Origin: Candidatus Poribacteria bacterium
GTDB lineage: Bacteria > Poribacteria > WGA-4E > WGA-3G
Direction of reading: 5' to 3'
Length of the DNA: 64,000 nt
NCBI GenBank assembly: GCA_022823085.1
Contig: JAJDXV010000087.1
Location: 34,054 to 98,053, forward strand
Shown here: positions 35,609 to 45,962 of the stretch, piece by piece
Layout: the number at the start of each line of letters is the position of its first letter
Numbering within the stretch: the stretch's first letter is position 1
Notes under the pieces: generated by a model
Told to the model about the DNA's origin: nothing
Database searches by the model: none
Seen by the model: the letters and a program-made list of their open reading frames with translations, nothing else
Translations under genes and position numbers: made by a program

Positions 35609-37603
35609 CTATTGAACTGTAATCAATATCGGTTCAACGCCTTGTGTCTCTTCGACGTGCTGCTTGAGGTTTGTTGCTTCCGAACGTTGTACAAACTGCC
35701 CGATCGTTACCCGATGCATCGTTCTTCCTTCAACGACGGCTGTATATATCTGCACTTTCTCATTTGGATACATCCACGCCAAATTATCAGCCAGCATTTC
35801 AGCGTTACGAGATTCTCCAAAAGAACCAACCATCAAAGTCAGCCTTGCTGTCGGGACAAGCGATGCTGTTGCTGTGACCGGTTCTACTATCGGTTCTGGC
35901 TCCGCTCCGAGTGTGAGCTGTGCTTCTCGTGTATTCTGGTTGCCAGCGATGTCCTGAACTTGCAACTTGCCAGTATAGGTGGCAGCAGGCTGCGACTGAA
36001 TTTTGGTTAAAGTGATCTCTTCTGGTGGCGCGCCATCTCCCTCTACCTGTTCGACGAGTGTGTTCTCGATATCGAAAAGTTCGAGTTTCCAGTGTGCAAG
36101 TGGACTCATATCCCATGTCTTCACACCGACCGTTGTCGCTGTCTTTCCAAAGAGTTCTAACGTTGTCGGGATAAGGTCTACCGTAATCTTCTCGCTGTCT
36201 TTTAGGTGCGGTTTCCCTTGCGCGTCAAGGACGTGCAGTTCGATCGCGTAGTCGCCATCTGGAACCAAGTTACCTGTGTTCGCGATCCCGTTCCAAACGA
36301 TACCTTCTCTCGGAAGACCTGTTCCAGATTTTTCCCAAACACTTTCGGTATATTCATCACGGATATTTAACTGCCACTTTAAGGTGTTGCTTGCCATTCC
36401 TTGTGAGTTTTCGGTTTCCGTGAGCTGCAAGCGGAGTGTTGTTTCGTCAGCGATGCCGTCGTTATTCGGCGAGATCACTGGGTCTGAAAGTTGCAATTCT
36501 AACATTGTTGTTTCAGCGGTGAGGGTTGCAGGCATTAAAATCGGTGCGGGTTCTTCCTGTACCTGTACCTCTTCTGTTTTTGGGGCTTCAGGAGGCGTGT
36601 TTGCTAATACCGGTTGTGTGTTGCCGTCGCCCCAACGTAAGGTTGCGGAGATCCAGTGTACGCCATTCTCAAGTTCGCTGCCGCTAACGTAAGCGTAATC
36701 AAGTTGTCCTGCGGAATTTCGGAAACTGACCCCTCTTGCCAATTCACCTTCCAAGAATCTATCGGAATTTGTTAGGGTGGTATAACCGACACGGAGTCCG
36801 AAGTGTCCGTTGATGAGCCAGTGCTCGGCACCGATATGGAGTCGAAGCCGTTCGCTCCAATCTATGCTGTTTTCGCCTCGGACAGCGAAGTCGGCGGAGA
36901 AAAGCGTATGGCTGCCGAATTCGTAGGTTGACCCGAAACGTGCTGCGAGCGGCGAACTCTCAAGGAGGATTCCATTTTCTCGGATACCGTTGCTCAGTTC
37001 CGAGAAGTTGACACCGACCTTCACCGTATCACCCCATTTTTCCAACGGGTAGGCGAACTGCATCCCTAAATCTACGCTCCATAAGAAGTTAGTTCTGATA
37101 GGGTTGTTGTTTTGATAGTATCGTAAGTTTGCACCGGCTGAAGCGTTATGTCCGAACGCGAGTCCGTATCCTAAAAGCACGATCTGTGTGGATTCAGCTG
37201 TATCGTTTCCCCAACCGTCAAGCCATGTTGCAAAAGATAAGTTACCTAAGTCTCTGTCTGTTATACCGAACGATTTTGGGTTCGCGGCGATAGAGAACGC
37301 CTGTTCGCTACTTGATGTGCTACCGGGAAACGGCATCCCTCCCATGCTCACTTCTACGCCGTCCATAAATCCTAATGAAGATGGATTCCAGAGGAAACCG
37401 TTATTCGCTGAGGGACCCGCCGTGAATGCGCTCCCCATACCGACTGCCCGGGCACTTGCGCCGACAAAGATATCGCGGTGTGCTATACTGGAAGCATCTA
37501 CCGGAACGGATACGGCCGCTAAGATGATCACAACCAAGCCGATTGTTTGCGCGATTCGCAGCAAAGTGCTTTGTCTGTTAAATCTAAGAAAATTAAATTG
37601 CAT
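35609..37603 (-). CDS. outer-membrane beta-barrel-like protein with FlgD-Ig-like middle domain and C-terminal SPOR domain
   Basis: Signal/TM at the N-terminus. GASARAVGMGSAFTAGPSANNGFLWNPSSLG is a PorV/FadL-like barrel start. The middle region has ISPNNDGIADETTLRL and VWNGIANTGNLVPDGDYAIEL (FlgD-Ig-like). The C-terminus LTLMVGSFGESRNAEMLADNL...HRVTIGQF is SPOR-like. Confidence 0.55.
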   Translation of the reverse strand: MQFNFLRFNRQSTLLRIAQTIGLVVIILAAVSVPVDASSIAHRDIFVGASARAVGMGSAFTAGPSANNGFLWNPSSLGFMDGVEVSMGGMPFPGSTSSSEQAFSIAANPKSFGITDRDLGNLSFATWLDGWGNDTAESTQIVLLGYGLAFGHNASAGANLRYYQNNNPIRTNFLWSVDLGMQFAYPLEKWGDTVKVGVNFSELSNGIRENGILLESSPLAARFGSTYEFGSHTLFSADFAVRGENSIDWSERLRLHIGAEHWLINGHFGLRVGYTTLTNSDRFLEGELARGVSFRNSAGQLDYAYVSGSELENGVHWISATLRWGDGNTQPVLANTPPEAPKTEEVQVQEEPAPILMPATLTAETTMLELQLSDPVISPNNDGIADETTLRLQLTETENSQGMASNTLKWQLNIRDEYTESVWEKSGTGLPREGIVWNGIANTGNLVPDGDYAIELHVLDAQGKPHLKDSEKITVDLIPTTLELFGKTATTVGVKTWDMSPLAHWKLELFDIENTLVEQVEGDGAPPEEITLTKIQSQPAATYTGKLQVQDIAGNQNTREAQLTLGAEPEPIVEPVTATASLVPTARLTLMVGSFGESRNAEMLADNLAWMYPNEKVQIYTAVVEGRTMHRVTIGQFVQRSEATNLKQHVEETQGVEPILITVQ

Positions 37604-37813
37604 CGAATATACCCCACTACTGTTCTCAAACTGAATGATGTGTCTAATCCACTTTCAAAGGTTAAACGTTTTCAGTCCTTATAATATATTTATCTACAAG
37701 TTTAACGATGAATTCATGGAAATGGATACAGACGCGGGACCTGAATCTTCTATGGGTAAGGAAATTTGATAGGGTTGGAGAAAATACCGGTTCAGACGGT
37801 TACACGGAAAATG

Positions 37814-39601
37814 CTATTCTGCTGGTTCGGTGGCATATCTGAGAACACCATCTGCGTCCGTGAACCGTAGATATAGCCCCCATGACCAACCGTTATCGGC
37901 TTTCTGGCACAAAACCGTGTTCCATCCTGCTTGCAGTTGACACAGAACTGCATGTTTATCCGCTGTCGCACCAGCATTGATACGCTTTCGGAGAATCTCC
38001 GTTCCGTTTAACCAGACAGTGGTCTCGTCATCACTCCCGATTAACATCACGGAATCCGTTGCTTTCGGTGCATGGACATACACCAACGTGTAGCCAGCAG
38101 TCATTGGCGTAGGGCTCAGGTCTCTCCGTAAATCGAGAAAACCGTCTGCTCTGGTCGTTGCTTTCTGCCAGTGGACGGCTTTGCCATCAATACCTGTGTA
38201 GCTCTTTTTCAAATCCAATTGACTCTCAGCGTGCAGGTGCGCATTAATCGCAGCAACATCTGTCTTAGGGAACGGACCTAAAACCATGTATTGCTTGACG
38301 TAAGGGGAAGCGTTTAGGACCTGATAGGCATCAACACCGATTTTATAGCCTGTGGCTTCGGATGCCTTTCCGACGGGACGGAGCGTTATCTGGTTTTCAC
38401 CAGCGTTCAACGGAACCGTCCCAAATGACACGAGTGTACCGGCTATCGGTTCAGGCGAATAACAGTCGTAAGGCGTGCCGATTGTGGTACCGTTGACGGA
38501 TAATTGAACCTGTGCATACGCTTGCCCACGCGTTAAAATGGCACGAATTTCGTAAAGGTCTGTGTAAGTCGCCGCAATTGGAGCGGTTAAGGATCCGCTG
38601 TTTCCGGCAGCTTCCGGTGTGAAAGCGATATGGCTTCCGCCTATATCAATACCCTCGGTGCGGTAGGTTTCTACCTGAACCGTTCCGCCGTTTGCTGCTG
38701 TTTTGGGTAACAGATCAATTGCCGATTGGGTGTCCTTTGATGGTAATGTCCATTCTTTCTCATACCAAAACTGTGGCACTGCATAGACGTCCCGCGCCTC
38801 GTTTGTCAAGACCAGATTGTAGCCATCAAAGCAGACCGCTTCTCCATAGAAACTGTGTGGTAAGTGCCACGGTGTACCTTGAATCATTTTCGCTAAATCG
38901 CCCGCTACGCCGTGATATACCCAGAGTGCATCGTAGGTGCAGACGGCAAGCCGTGTGCCATCTTCTGACACACCAGCACCGGTCACGAATTTCGCCCCGG
39001 CGAACTCACCGACCTTTTCCAATACCTGTTTTGTATCTGCCTGCAGTGTGGGGAACCGGTAAAGCACAGCGCGTTCCCGTTCTTTAGAGACAATATAAGG
39101 CATACCGTTGACAATAAACAGGCCTTCCGCATCCACGTTTTCAGCGGGGTAGCGATACGGATAACTCGCGATGACCGTCACCTCTGTGTCGGTGAACGGA
39201 TCCGGTTCAGCAACGACAACGACTTTCAGATCCATCCGCAGTCTACTGTTATTACCGATTTCGCCGATCCAGAGCTGATTTTTGTTATCAATGCCGAGTG
39301 CTTCCCAATCGAAATTTCGGGAACCCTTTACTGCTATTTCTTCGATGAGTTCGCCGTTGCGTTTTGTGGCGTAGAGCGTGGCGGGGTTACCAGAATCGTT
39401 AAGTGTCCAATAGACACCTTCAAACTGCCGGCTTGCGACGATACCGGAACTCTCTCGGATATCGGGGTGTGTGTATTTTCCTGTAGGTTGCCACGGTGGT
39501 GTGTCGATGGCATCTGGCGGCAGAGCCGTAGCAGTGTAGAATCCAACGCTGATTGCGAAGACGAGTAGCAGTGATAATTGTTTCATCAAAGAATTTTCCA
39601 T
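37814..39601 (-). CDS. secreted protein: N-terminal beta-propeller-like (SdiA-regulated-like ESSGIV..WTLNDSGN) plus C-terminal jelly-roll-like domains
   Basis: Signal peptide MKQLSLLLVFAISVGFYTATA (alternative ATG at 39586). Family assignment is tentative. Confidence 0.45.
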   Translation of the reverse strand: MENSLMKQLSLLLVFAISVGFYTATALPPDAIDTPPWQPTGKYTHPDIRESSGIVASRQFEGVYWTLNDSGNPATLYATKRNGELIEEIAVKGSRNFDWEALGIDNKNQLWIGEIGNNSRLRMDLKVVVVAEPDPFTDTEVTVIASYPYRYPAENVDAEGLFIVNGMPYIVSKERERAVLYRFPTLQADTKQVLEKVGEFAGAKFVTGAGVSEDGTRLAVCTYDALWVYHGVAGDLAKMIQGTPWHLPHSFYGEAVCFDGYNLVLTNEARDVYAVPQFWYEKEWTLPSKDTQSAIDLLPKTAANGGTVQVETYRTEGIDIGGSHIAFTPEAAGNSGSLTAPIAATYTDLYEIRAILTRGQAYAQVQLSVNGTTIGTPYDCYSPEPIAGTLVSFGTVPLNAGENQITLRPVGKASEATGYKIGVDAYQVLNASPYVKQYMVLGPFPKTDVAAINAHLHAESQLDLKKSYTGIDGKAVHWQKATTRADGFLDLRRDLSPTPMTAGYTLVYVHAPKATDSVMLIGSDDETTVWLNGTEILRKRINAGATADKHAVLCQLQAGWNTVLCQKADNGWSWGLYLRFTDADGVLRYATEPAE

Positions 39602-39739
39602 AATGTAATTTTACCGGTTTTTTTTCGGTATGTCAATACGTTTTTTATAACAAAAATTTTCAGGCAGGAAAGCTGCTTGACAAACGAAGGTTATCGGTTT
39701 ACAATAGGGGTCAACGTTTATCAAGGAAGCGGACCCCCT

Positions 39740-40687
39740 ATGTCAAATCCAATCACCGAAGCGCAAGCGTTAGAAGCCGAAGGTAGGCTCGCCGAAGCCG
39801 TCCAAGCCTACGATGACATCCTCAACACAACCGACGAAACATCAACCCATGCCCTTGCCAATTTTCGACTCGGTTCTATCTATCGCGGCTGGCGAGAACT
39901 CTTCACAGCACAACGGTTTTACGCACAGGCACACCAACTTGATCCAAGCAATACCGACATCCGAGATGCGGTCGCTGAACTCAATCTCTATTTTTCGGAG
40001 AATCGGGAATCGGTCGCTGATGAGATGTCGCGCAAAAATAGCGATCAGATTGTGTCGCTCTTCCGTATCGCTACAGGGATTAAACTCCTAACGATGGATA
40101 AGCCGGTGCAAGCCTATCCGTTGCTGAAAAGTCGTACCAAGATTTTTCCAAACGCTGCTATGGCGAAGCACCTACTCACCGATATTCAGATTACCGAAGA
40201 CGAGAGGAACTCAGCGATTAATTTCCTATTGGAAAGAGATTGGCTTGCGAACACCGGCGCATTGCTTTACACAATAACAGAAAAGGGGTTGTATAACTTC
40301 TATATCGAACTGGCACAGTTGCACGTCGCCAACGCTGCTTGGACGGAAGCGGTGATGTGTTATGCGCAAGCATCTTGGCTGTGCCCTGAGCAACAGGTTC
40401 CGCGCTACCATCTCGTGATCTGTTATGCCGAAGTGGAGACTTGGGACAAAGCCGTTGAGGTTGCAGCGAATCTGCCTGCTGAAGTCCCTGAAGGTATAGA
40501 TGCTGTAGCCTATTATACCGCAGTGGCGCGCAGTTATCACCATATTTATGAGACCACCGAAGACGCTGATGCCAAACAGCGTGTAATTGCAGCCTGTGAG
40601 ACCGTATTGCGTTTCGACAAGAAGGCGAAGGCGATTTCAAAGCTGCTTGACCTGTATCAACCGAAGAAGTCGTGGTGGCGTAGGTAA
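39740..40687 (+). CDS. TPR-like repeat protein
   Basis: MSNPITEAQALEAEGRLAEAVQAYDDIL and further TPR-like helices. ATG at 39740 was chosen over the long TTG extension. Confidence 0.55.
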   Translation: MSNPITEAQALEAEGRLAEAVQAYDDILNTTDETSTHALANFRLGSIYRGWRELFTAQRFYAQAHQLDPSNTDIRDAVAELNLYFSENRESVADEMSRKNSDQIVSLFRIATGIKLLTMDKPVQAYPLLKSRTKIFPNAAMAKHLLTDIQITEDERNSAINFLLERDWLANTGALLYTITEKGLYNFYIELAQLHVANAAWTEAVMCYAQASWLCPEQQVPRYHLVICYAEVETWDKAVEVAANLPAEVPEGIDAVAYYTAVARSYHHIYETTEDADAKQRVIAACETVLRFDKKAKAISKLLDLYQPKKSWWRR

Positions 40688-40819
40688 TTAGGAGAGAGAA
40701 ACCTCGTTGACAAAAACGGATGCCTCTGATAAAGTATTACCATATTTTGTGGCTTTGTAGGAGCGGTTTGTAACCGCGATACCTTCAAACTACGTCCTAT
40801 TATTTTTTGGAGGAGAAAG

Positions 40820-42079
40820 ATGGCAGCACGTTTAGCAATACAGGGTGGAACGCCTGTTATTCCCGAACCTATACCCGGTGGAATGCATGGACCCAGTGTA
40901 ATAGATCAGCGTGAGATTGATGCCGTAACCGAGGTCTTGCGCAGTGGTAAACTCTTTCGGTTCGTTGAGAATTCAAATGTAGGCAATTTTGAGAAAGAGG
41001 CAGCTTCGTACCTCGGTGCGAACCATGCTTTGATGGTGAATTCAGGCACCTCGGCAATCATCTGCGCCCTCACAGGGCTCGGCATCGGACCCGGTGATGA
41101 GGTAATCTTGCCGGGGTACACCTTTATCGCAACTGCTGCCGCAATCGTCGGTGTGGGTGCGATTCCGGTCATAGCAGAAATTGACGATTCACTCGGTTTA
41201 GATCCCGCCGATGTCGAACGGAAAATTACACCGCATACCAAAGCCATTCTACCGGTACACATGCAAGGCGTACCGTGTCGGCTTGAGGCGATTATCGAAC
41301 TGGCACAGAAGCACAATCTCAAAGTCGTTGAAGATTGTTGTCAATGTGTCGGGGGGCAGTACAAAGGCAAGTACGCTGGGACGTGGGGTGATGCGGGCGC
41401 GTGGAGCCTCAACTACTACAAGGTAATCTCTTGTGGCGAAGGTGGACTTGTCTTTACTGACGACTACGATACCTATGAACGCGCGGCGTTTGCGGCAGAA
41501 CCGGGTCTACCGATGTGGATGAGCGATGCTGAATGGCAGAACAAGCCGTTCTCGCGGCAGTGCTACCGGACGAGCGAAATTTTGGGCGCAATCGCCCGCG
41601 TGCAACTCTCCAAATTAGAGGGTATTTTGGGACATACACGACGACTCAAAAAAGCGTTCACCGCAGAGCTCGCCGACGATCCGAAGGGATATATCCGACA
41701 ACATGTGGATGACCCGACGGGTGAGTGCGGAATCAGTGCTGCGATTATTGTACGTGATGTGGAACTCGCCAAAAAATACGCGGATGCACTCAGAAGCGAA
41801 GGACTCAACGCGGGGACTGCTTATAACGAAGGCTTCCCGGATCGGCATATCTATACCTATTGGGATTCCATACTGTTTAAGCATTCACCTGACGCGTCAG
41901 GGTATCCGTGGGCAGACCCTCGCTACAAAGGGGATGTTGAATATTCGCGGGATATGTGTCCGCAGACGTTATCTATCTTAGGGCGCGCTTTACGGTTCGG
42001 TTTCAACGTGAATATGCAGGAAGAGCACGCACGGCTGATGGCAGCCGCAATCAACAAGGTGGACAACGCCCTCGGATAA
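40820..42079 (+). CDS. DegT/DnrJ/EryC1/StrS family PLP-dependent sugar aminotransferase/dehydratase
   Basis: NSGTSAIICALTGLGIGPGDEVILPGYTFIATA, and the lysine region WSLNYYKVISCGEGG. Confidence 0.85.
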   Translation: MAARLAIQGGTPVIPEPIPGGMHGPSVIDQREIDAVTEVLRSGKLFRFVENSNVGNFEKEAASYLGANHALMVNSGTSAIICALTGLGIGPGDEVILPGYTFIATAAAIVGVGAIPVIAEIDDSLGLDPADVERKITPHTKAILPVHMQGVPCRLEAIIELAQKHNLKVVEDCCQCVGGQYKGKYAGTWGDAGAWSLNYYKVISCGEGGLVFTDDYDTYERAAFAAEPGLPMWMSDAEWQNKPFSRQCYRTSEILGAIARVQLSKLEGILGHTRRLKKAFTAELADDPKGYIRQHVDDPTGECGISAAIIVRDVELAKKYADALRSEGLNAGTAYNEGFPDRHIYTYWDSILFKHSPDASGYPWADPRYKGDVEYSRDMCPQTLSILGRALRFGFNVNMQEEHARLMAAAINKVDNALG

Positions 42080-42087
42080 TGGAGATT

Positions 42088-42849
42088 CTATTCTGGCGAA
42101 ATGGGGATAACATAGGTACGCCGTCCGACTTCAGTGAATCCCAATTTCTGTGCGACGCTAAGTGAGGCGATGTTGTCTTCGCCGCAGCTCCAGGCTGGCA
42201 CTTTGCCTTTCGCCTGAATTTTTTCGGCGACGAGCGATGCAGCGGCAGTCGCGAATCCTTTTTCACGCCATATCTCTACGGTAGAGACCCCGATGTCGGC
42301 GTGTAGGGCTGTCTCCGCGTAAGTGTGTGCGATGGCGACAAGATTGCCGTCTATAACAGCACCGGCGGCGATGCCTTCTGTAACCATCGCTTCGTGTGTT
42401 CTGTAACCGTTGCCTTGAACTTCTGTCGGTGCTTGCGCCAGACGTTCGACATCTTCTAAGGTCAGAAGGCGAACCCTCTTGTCCCTATAGCGGTGAACAG
42501 GTGCTAAGAGCGCGTGGCAGACATCACCGTAATAACGGACAGATGTCCCCGTGTCTGCTTCAATAAGTGCGCCGAGCGGTTCGGCGTGTATGGTGTCAAC
42601 ATTAATACAACTCCAACCGTCGGTGGCTTTTAGCAGTTGCCACAACGCGTCGGCACTGGTGCCGAAACCGCACGGCTCGTCTGGACAATAGGCATCGAAG
42701 ACGAGCGCGGCGGTGACATCCGGCAGTGGACCAGCGACATAAGCATCGCACATTCCGTGCTTTAAGCGGGCAGCAGAGATAACCGTCATCGGCGTATCAC
42801 CGATAATATCAGCCAGCGTGAGACATTCTTGGAGGGTGAGTTTAGTCAT
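42088..42849 (-). CDS. GNAT-family N-acetyltransferase (C-terminal domain)
   Basis: VEIWREKGFATAAASLVAEKIQAKGKVPAWSCGEDNIASLSVAQKLGF resembles GNAT motifs A and B. Confidence 0.6.
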   Translation of the reverse strand: MTKLTLQECLTLADIIGDTPMTVISAARLKHGMCDAYVAGPLPDVTAALVFDAYCPDEPCGFGTSADALWQLLKATDGWSCINVDTIHAEPLGALIEADTGTSVRYYGDVCHALLAPVHRYRDKRVRLLTLEDVERLAQAPTEVQGNGYRTHEAMVTEGIAAGAVIDGNLVAIAHTYAETALHADIGVSTVEIWREKGFATAAASLVAEKIQAKGKVPAWSCGEDNIASLSVAQKLGFTEVGRRTYVIPISPE

Positions 42850-42854
42850 TTAAT

Positions 42855-42882
42855 AGTTGCCAGTTATCAGTTGTCAGATAAG
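42855..42882. repeat. heptanucleotide tandem repeat (AGTTGCC AGTTATC AGTTGTC AGATAAG)
   Basis: Period-7 run lying directly in the 5' leader of the minus-strand gene starting at 42849. Confidence 0.75.
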
Positions 42883-42971
42883 AAATCTTTTATCATCCAG
42901 AAACAATTGAACTTAACCGCAAACCACCGTGGAACGTAGTGGAACGGTGACCAGATTTAATATTTAAAAAT

Positions 42972-43772
42972 ATGAAGATTACGATTTTAGGTTCAGGAAC
43001 CTCGACAGGTGTTCCTGAGTATAAATGTGAGTGTGAGACCTGCGAAGACGCGCGAGACGTTAACTCAAAAAACTATCGGACCCGTTCGTCAATCCATATT
43101 GAGAAAGGCGGTAAGCACCTGCAATTTGATCTGGGTCCCAATTTTATGGATCAGATTGTCCGGAACCGGATTGATCGGATAGATGCTGTCATCTTCACAC
43201 ACCCGCATGCCGATCATATTAGCGGTACAAACGACATTGTGATGCCGTGCCGGAAACAGCAGATGGATATGCCGATCTATGGCCCCGAGCAGACAATAAA
43301 CACCTTGCAGCGTAACTTTTACTATATGTTTACAAAGGAGACGTTCCAAGGTGGTGGTGTCGGGCATCTGCTGCCGAACGTGATTGCGGAAAAAGAGCCG
43401 TTGAAACTGCACGGCTTCGATATTGTGCCGATTCCGGTGGAACACGGGAATGTTGACACTTTCGGCTATCGAATTGATAACTTCGGGTATCTACCGGACG
43501 TGAAACGCCTGCCGAAGGCATCACAGGACCTGCTAAATGGGATAGAGGTGCTCGTAATTGATGCGCTGAGTTTTAATCCGAGACATCCGACACATCTTTC
43601 GGTCGGTGAAGCGTTGGAGATTAGCGATGCGCTGAAAACGCGAGAGACCTATTTCACACACATTATGCACCGATTAGACCACCGCTATTTCCCGGATCAG
43701 TGTAAAGAGCAGGATATCGAACTCTCGGATAATGCATACCTCGCTTATGATGGTCAGATTATTCAATTGTAG
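42972..43772 (+). CDS. MBL-fold metallo-hydrolase (PhnP-like)
   Basis: FTHPHADHISG (the HxHxDH motif). Confidence 0.8.
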   Translation: MKITILGSGTSTGVPEYKCECETCEDARDVNSKNYRTRSSIHIEKGGKHLQFDLGPNFMDQIVRNRIDRIDAVIFTHPHADHISGTNDIVMPCRKQQMDMPIYGPEQTINTLQRNFYYMFTKETFQGGGVGHLLPNVIAEKEPLKLHGFDIVPIPVEHGNVDTFGYRIDNFGYLPDVKRLPKASQDLLNGIEVLVIDALSFNPRHPTHLSVGEALEISDALKTRETYFTHIMHRLDHRYFPDQCKEQDIELSDNAYLAYDGQIIQL

Positions 43773-43773
43773 C

Positions 43774-43889
43774 CGTCAGCGGTCAGCAAAGAGGACTTCC
43801 GTTAATTAAAAATCTCTTGTTGCAGTCAGCAAAGAGAGGTTAGTTTAATCAAAAACCTCTTATTGCTGATGGTTTCCGATGGCTGATGG
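43774..43889. repeat. palindromic module with heptad ends (CGTCAGC GGTCAGC ... CCGATGG CTGATGG) around a central hairpin
   Basis: The central stem is CAGCAAAGAGAGGTT ... AACCTCTTATTGCTG. The flanking period-7 words are inverted relative to each other. Confidence 0.7.
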
Positions 43890-43929
43890 CTAATAACTAT
43901 CTTGCTGACAGCCGAAAGTCTTCTATATT

Positions 43930-45816
43930 CTATCGTCCCCAGCCGCCGCCTTGCGGTGGTTTGCGTTGTTGCAGAATAACCCGTTCGCCTTCGGTTACGC
44001 CGCTTTTGATAACCACTTTCGTCTCGTTTTGCATACCGGTTTCAATAGGCGTTCTCTTACCTGTAAGACTTCCATCATCAAGCATGACGTGCTTCCCGCT
44101 TGAGATATTCACCTGTGCGCGGACCCCATCGGCTTCCTTTTTCCCTTTGACAAGGAGCGATACCGTCGCGGGTCCTGGTGTAATCCCGCGCTGACTGCTA
44201 TCCAAACTGAAGGTGACACTACCGCTTCCAACGCTTTCAACCGTGCCGTTGAAAGTTTTCTCGCTGATGGTCTGCATGGTAATCGGTTGATTTGCTTTGA
44301 AAGGAGAGGTATTACCGACTTCTGCGTTGACGGTCACGCTCTTTTGGCTGACAACAGCGTCTATCGGTGCCATGAGGACATTCTGCTCCTCGTAGGTGAT
44401 GATGTCAACATCTGTACTCATGCCCGGTTTGAGTTCCTGCGGGGATCCGAGGACTTCTATCATGACCTCAAAGGAGATGATATTATCCTGTTGCTGCCCA
44501 CTCGGCGAGATTTCGTAGACCCTACCTTCGTATAACTTGTTTTGGTAGGCATCAACTTTGATTTCCGCTTTCTGCCTGTCTTTTAACCGTTCCATATCGA
44601 CTTCGTTGATGAAAGTTTTAACGACCATTTTAGAAGGGTCAACGATTGTCATGAGCGGCGGACTTTGCGAGAATGCTGAACGTCCAGAAGTCACAATCTC
44701 ACCCACTTCAAGTTCGAGGAGTGTGACGATTCCCGACATAGGGGCTTTGATTGTCGTCCATTCCAGTCGTTCTGCTTGGTTCTTTAGTGTACTCTCGCGT
44801 CGGAGTTGATTCGCTTGGGCACTGACTTTGGATTGCTCCGTCAGCAACTTTTCATTCTCAAGGGTGCTTAAAAACTCATCCAACCTGGCTTTAGAATTTT
44901 CGACGCGAAGTTTCGCTTCTTCCTCTGCGTTCTTCCGGGTCTTTTTAAGGTCCTCGAGGTTCTTCTGCTGGTTTCCCAATATTAACTCGCGTGAGGCAAT
45001 GGAGGTTTCACGGACCTTAATGGTTCTTTCCTGCGAAAGGATCGTCTGTTTCTGAGATTCTACCCGTTTTTGGGCGTTTTGATATTGCACCTGAGCATTG
45101 ACGTGCTGCGCCTGTGCGTCTTCCAACGCTTTTTTGGAAACCAGTCCCTTGTCATAAAGTTCGGTGTTTCGGTCGAGTTCAGATTGCGCGTTGTCCAACG
45201 AAATCTTGGCTGAACTCAGCGATGTCTCTTGTTCAGACAGTGTGATATTTGCCTGATCAAGCGAGATTCGCGCCTGTTCCAAGGCGATCTTGTCTTGATC
45301 GAGTGAGTTTTTTGTTGTCAAAATATCTGTTTCGGATTGGTTGATTTGTGTTATGGTTGAGGCTTGTGTCGTCTCATAATTTGCCTGCGAGATTTTGTAG
45401 TCTGATTCAGCCTGAATCAACTGGCTTTGCAGGCGTTCCTTTTTCAACTCGATGTTCAACTCGGCCTGCTTGAATTGTGCTTTAGCAGCTCGGACATCCA
45501 TTTCCGCTTGGTTTTTCTCTTCGACATACAGTTCTGGATCGAGTTCTATGAGTATTTGACCTTCTTCCACTGGGTCGCCATTTTTAACATGGAGTTTAAC
45601 AATTTCACCTTCAACGTTGGATTTGACTTCCACGTCAAAAAGTGGTTCCAAGTTACCTGTGGCACTTATCCGCATTTGGAAGTCGCCGCGTTCAACAACC
45701 TCAACTTTTTTCGCCAGAGACGGGTCTGGCCCGTTTTTGCCGCGTCCGAGCACAACCCAACCGATCGCGCCGATGAGGACTATAATAACGGCAACAGTAA
45801 TAATTAGATTTTTCAA
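43930..45816 (-). CDS. HlyD/MacA-type periplasmic adaptor (membrane fusion protein) with long coiled coil
   Basis: N-terminal TM, lipoyl-like VEGEIVKLHVKNGDPVEEGQILIELD, and about 300 aa of coiled coil. TTG start lies 7 nt after AGGAGGG. Confidence 0.85.
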   Translation of the reverse strand: MKNLIITVAVIIVLIGAIGWVVLGRGKNGPDPSLAKKVEVVERGDFQMRISATGNLEPLFDVEVKSNVEGEIVKLHVKNGDPVEEGQILIELDPELYVEEKNQAEMDVRAAKAQFKQAELNIELKKERLQSQLIQAESDYKISQANYETTQASTITQINQSETDILTTKNSLDQDKIALEQARISLDQANITLSEQETSLSSAKISLDNAQSELDRNTELYDKGLVSKKALEDAQAQHVNAQVQYQNAQKRVESQKQTILSQERTIKVRETSIASRELILGNQQKNLEDLKKTRKNAEEEAKLRVENSKARLDEFLSTLENEKLLTEQSKVSAQANQLRRESTLKNQAERLEWTTIKAPMSGIVTLLELEVGEIVTSGRSAFSQSPPLMTIVDPSKMVVKTFINEVDMERLKDRQKAEIKVDAYQNKLYEGRVYEISPSGQQQDNIISFEVMIEVLGSPQELKPGMSTDVDIITYEEQNVLMAPIDAVVSQKSVTVNAEVGNTSPFKANQPITMQTISEKTFNGTVESVGSGSVTFSLDSSQRGITPGPATVSLLVKGKKEADGVRAQVNISSGKHVMLDDGSLTGKRTPIETGMQNETKVVIKSGVTEGERVILQQRKPPQGGGWGR

Positions 45817-45840
45817 GGTTAATCCCTCCTAATGTATGGG

Positions 45841-45947
45841 TTATCAGTTGTCGGTCGTCGGTTGTCAGGAAAAAGGGTTTCAGTAAACGAAAACCTCTTT
45901 AACTGATAACCGAAAACGCCTTATCTGAAAACTGATAACTGAAAACT
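45841..45947. repeat. heptanucleotide tandem repeats in inverted arrangement (TTATCAG TTGTCGG TCGTCGG TTGTCAG ... AACTGAT AACCGAA ... AAACTGA TAACTGA)
   Basis: Period-7 runs at 45841-45868 and 45901-45947 are reverse complements in word content. The module lies between the permease stop and the adaptor start. Confidence 0.8.
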
Positions 45948-45962
45948 ATATTCGCAAATGGA

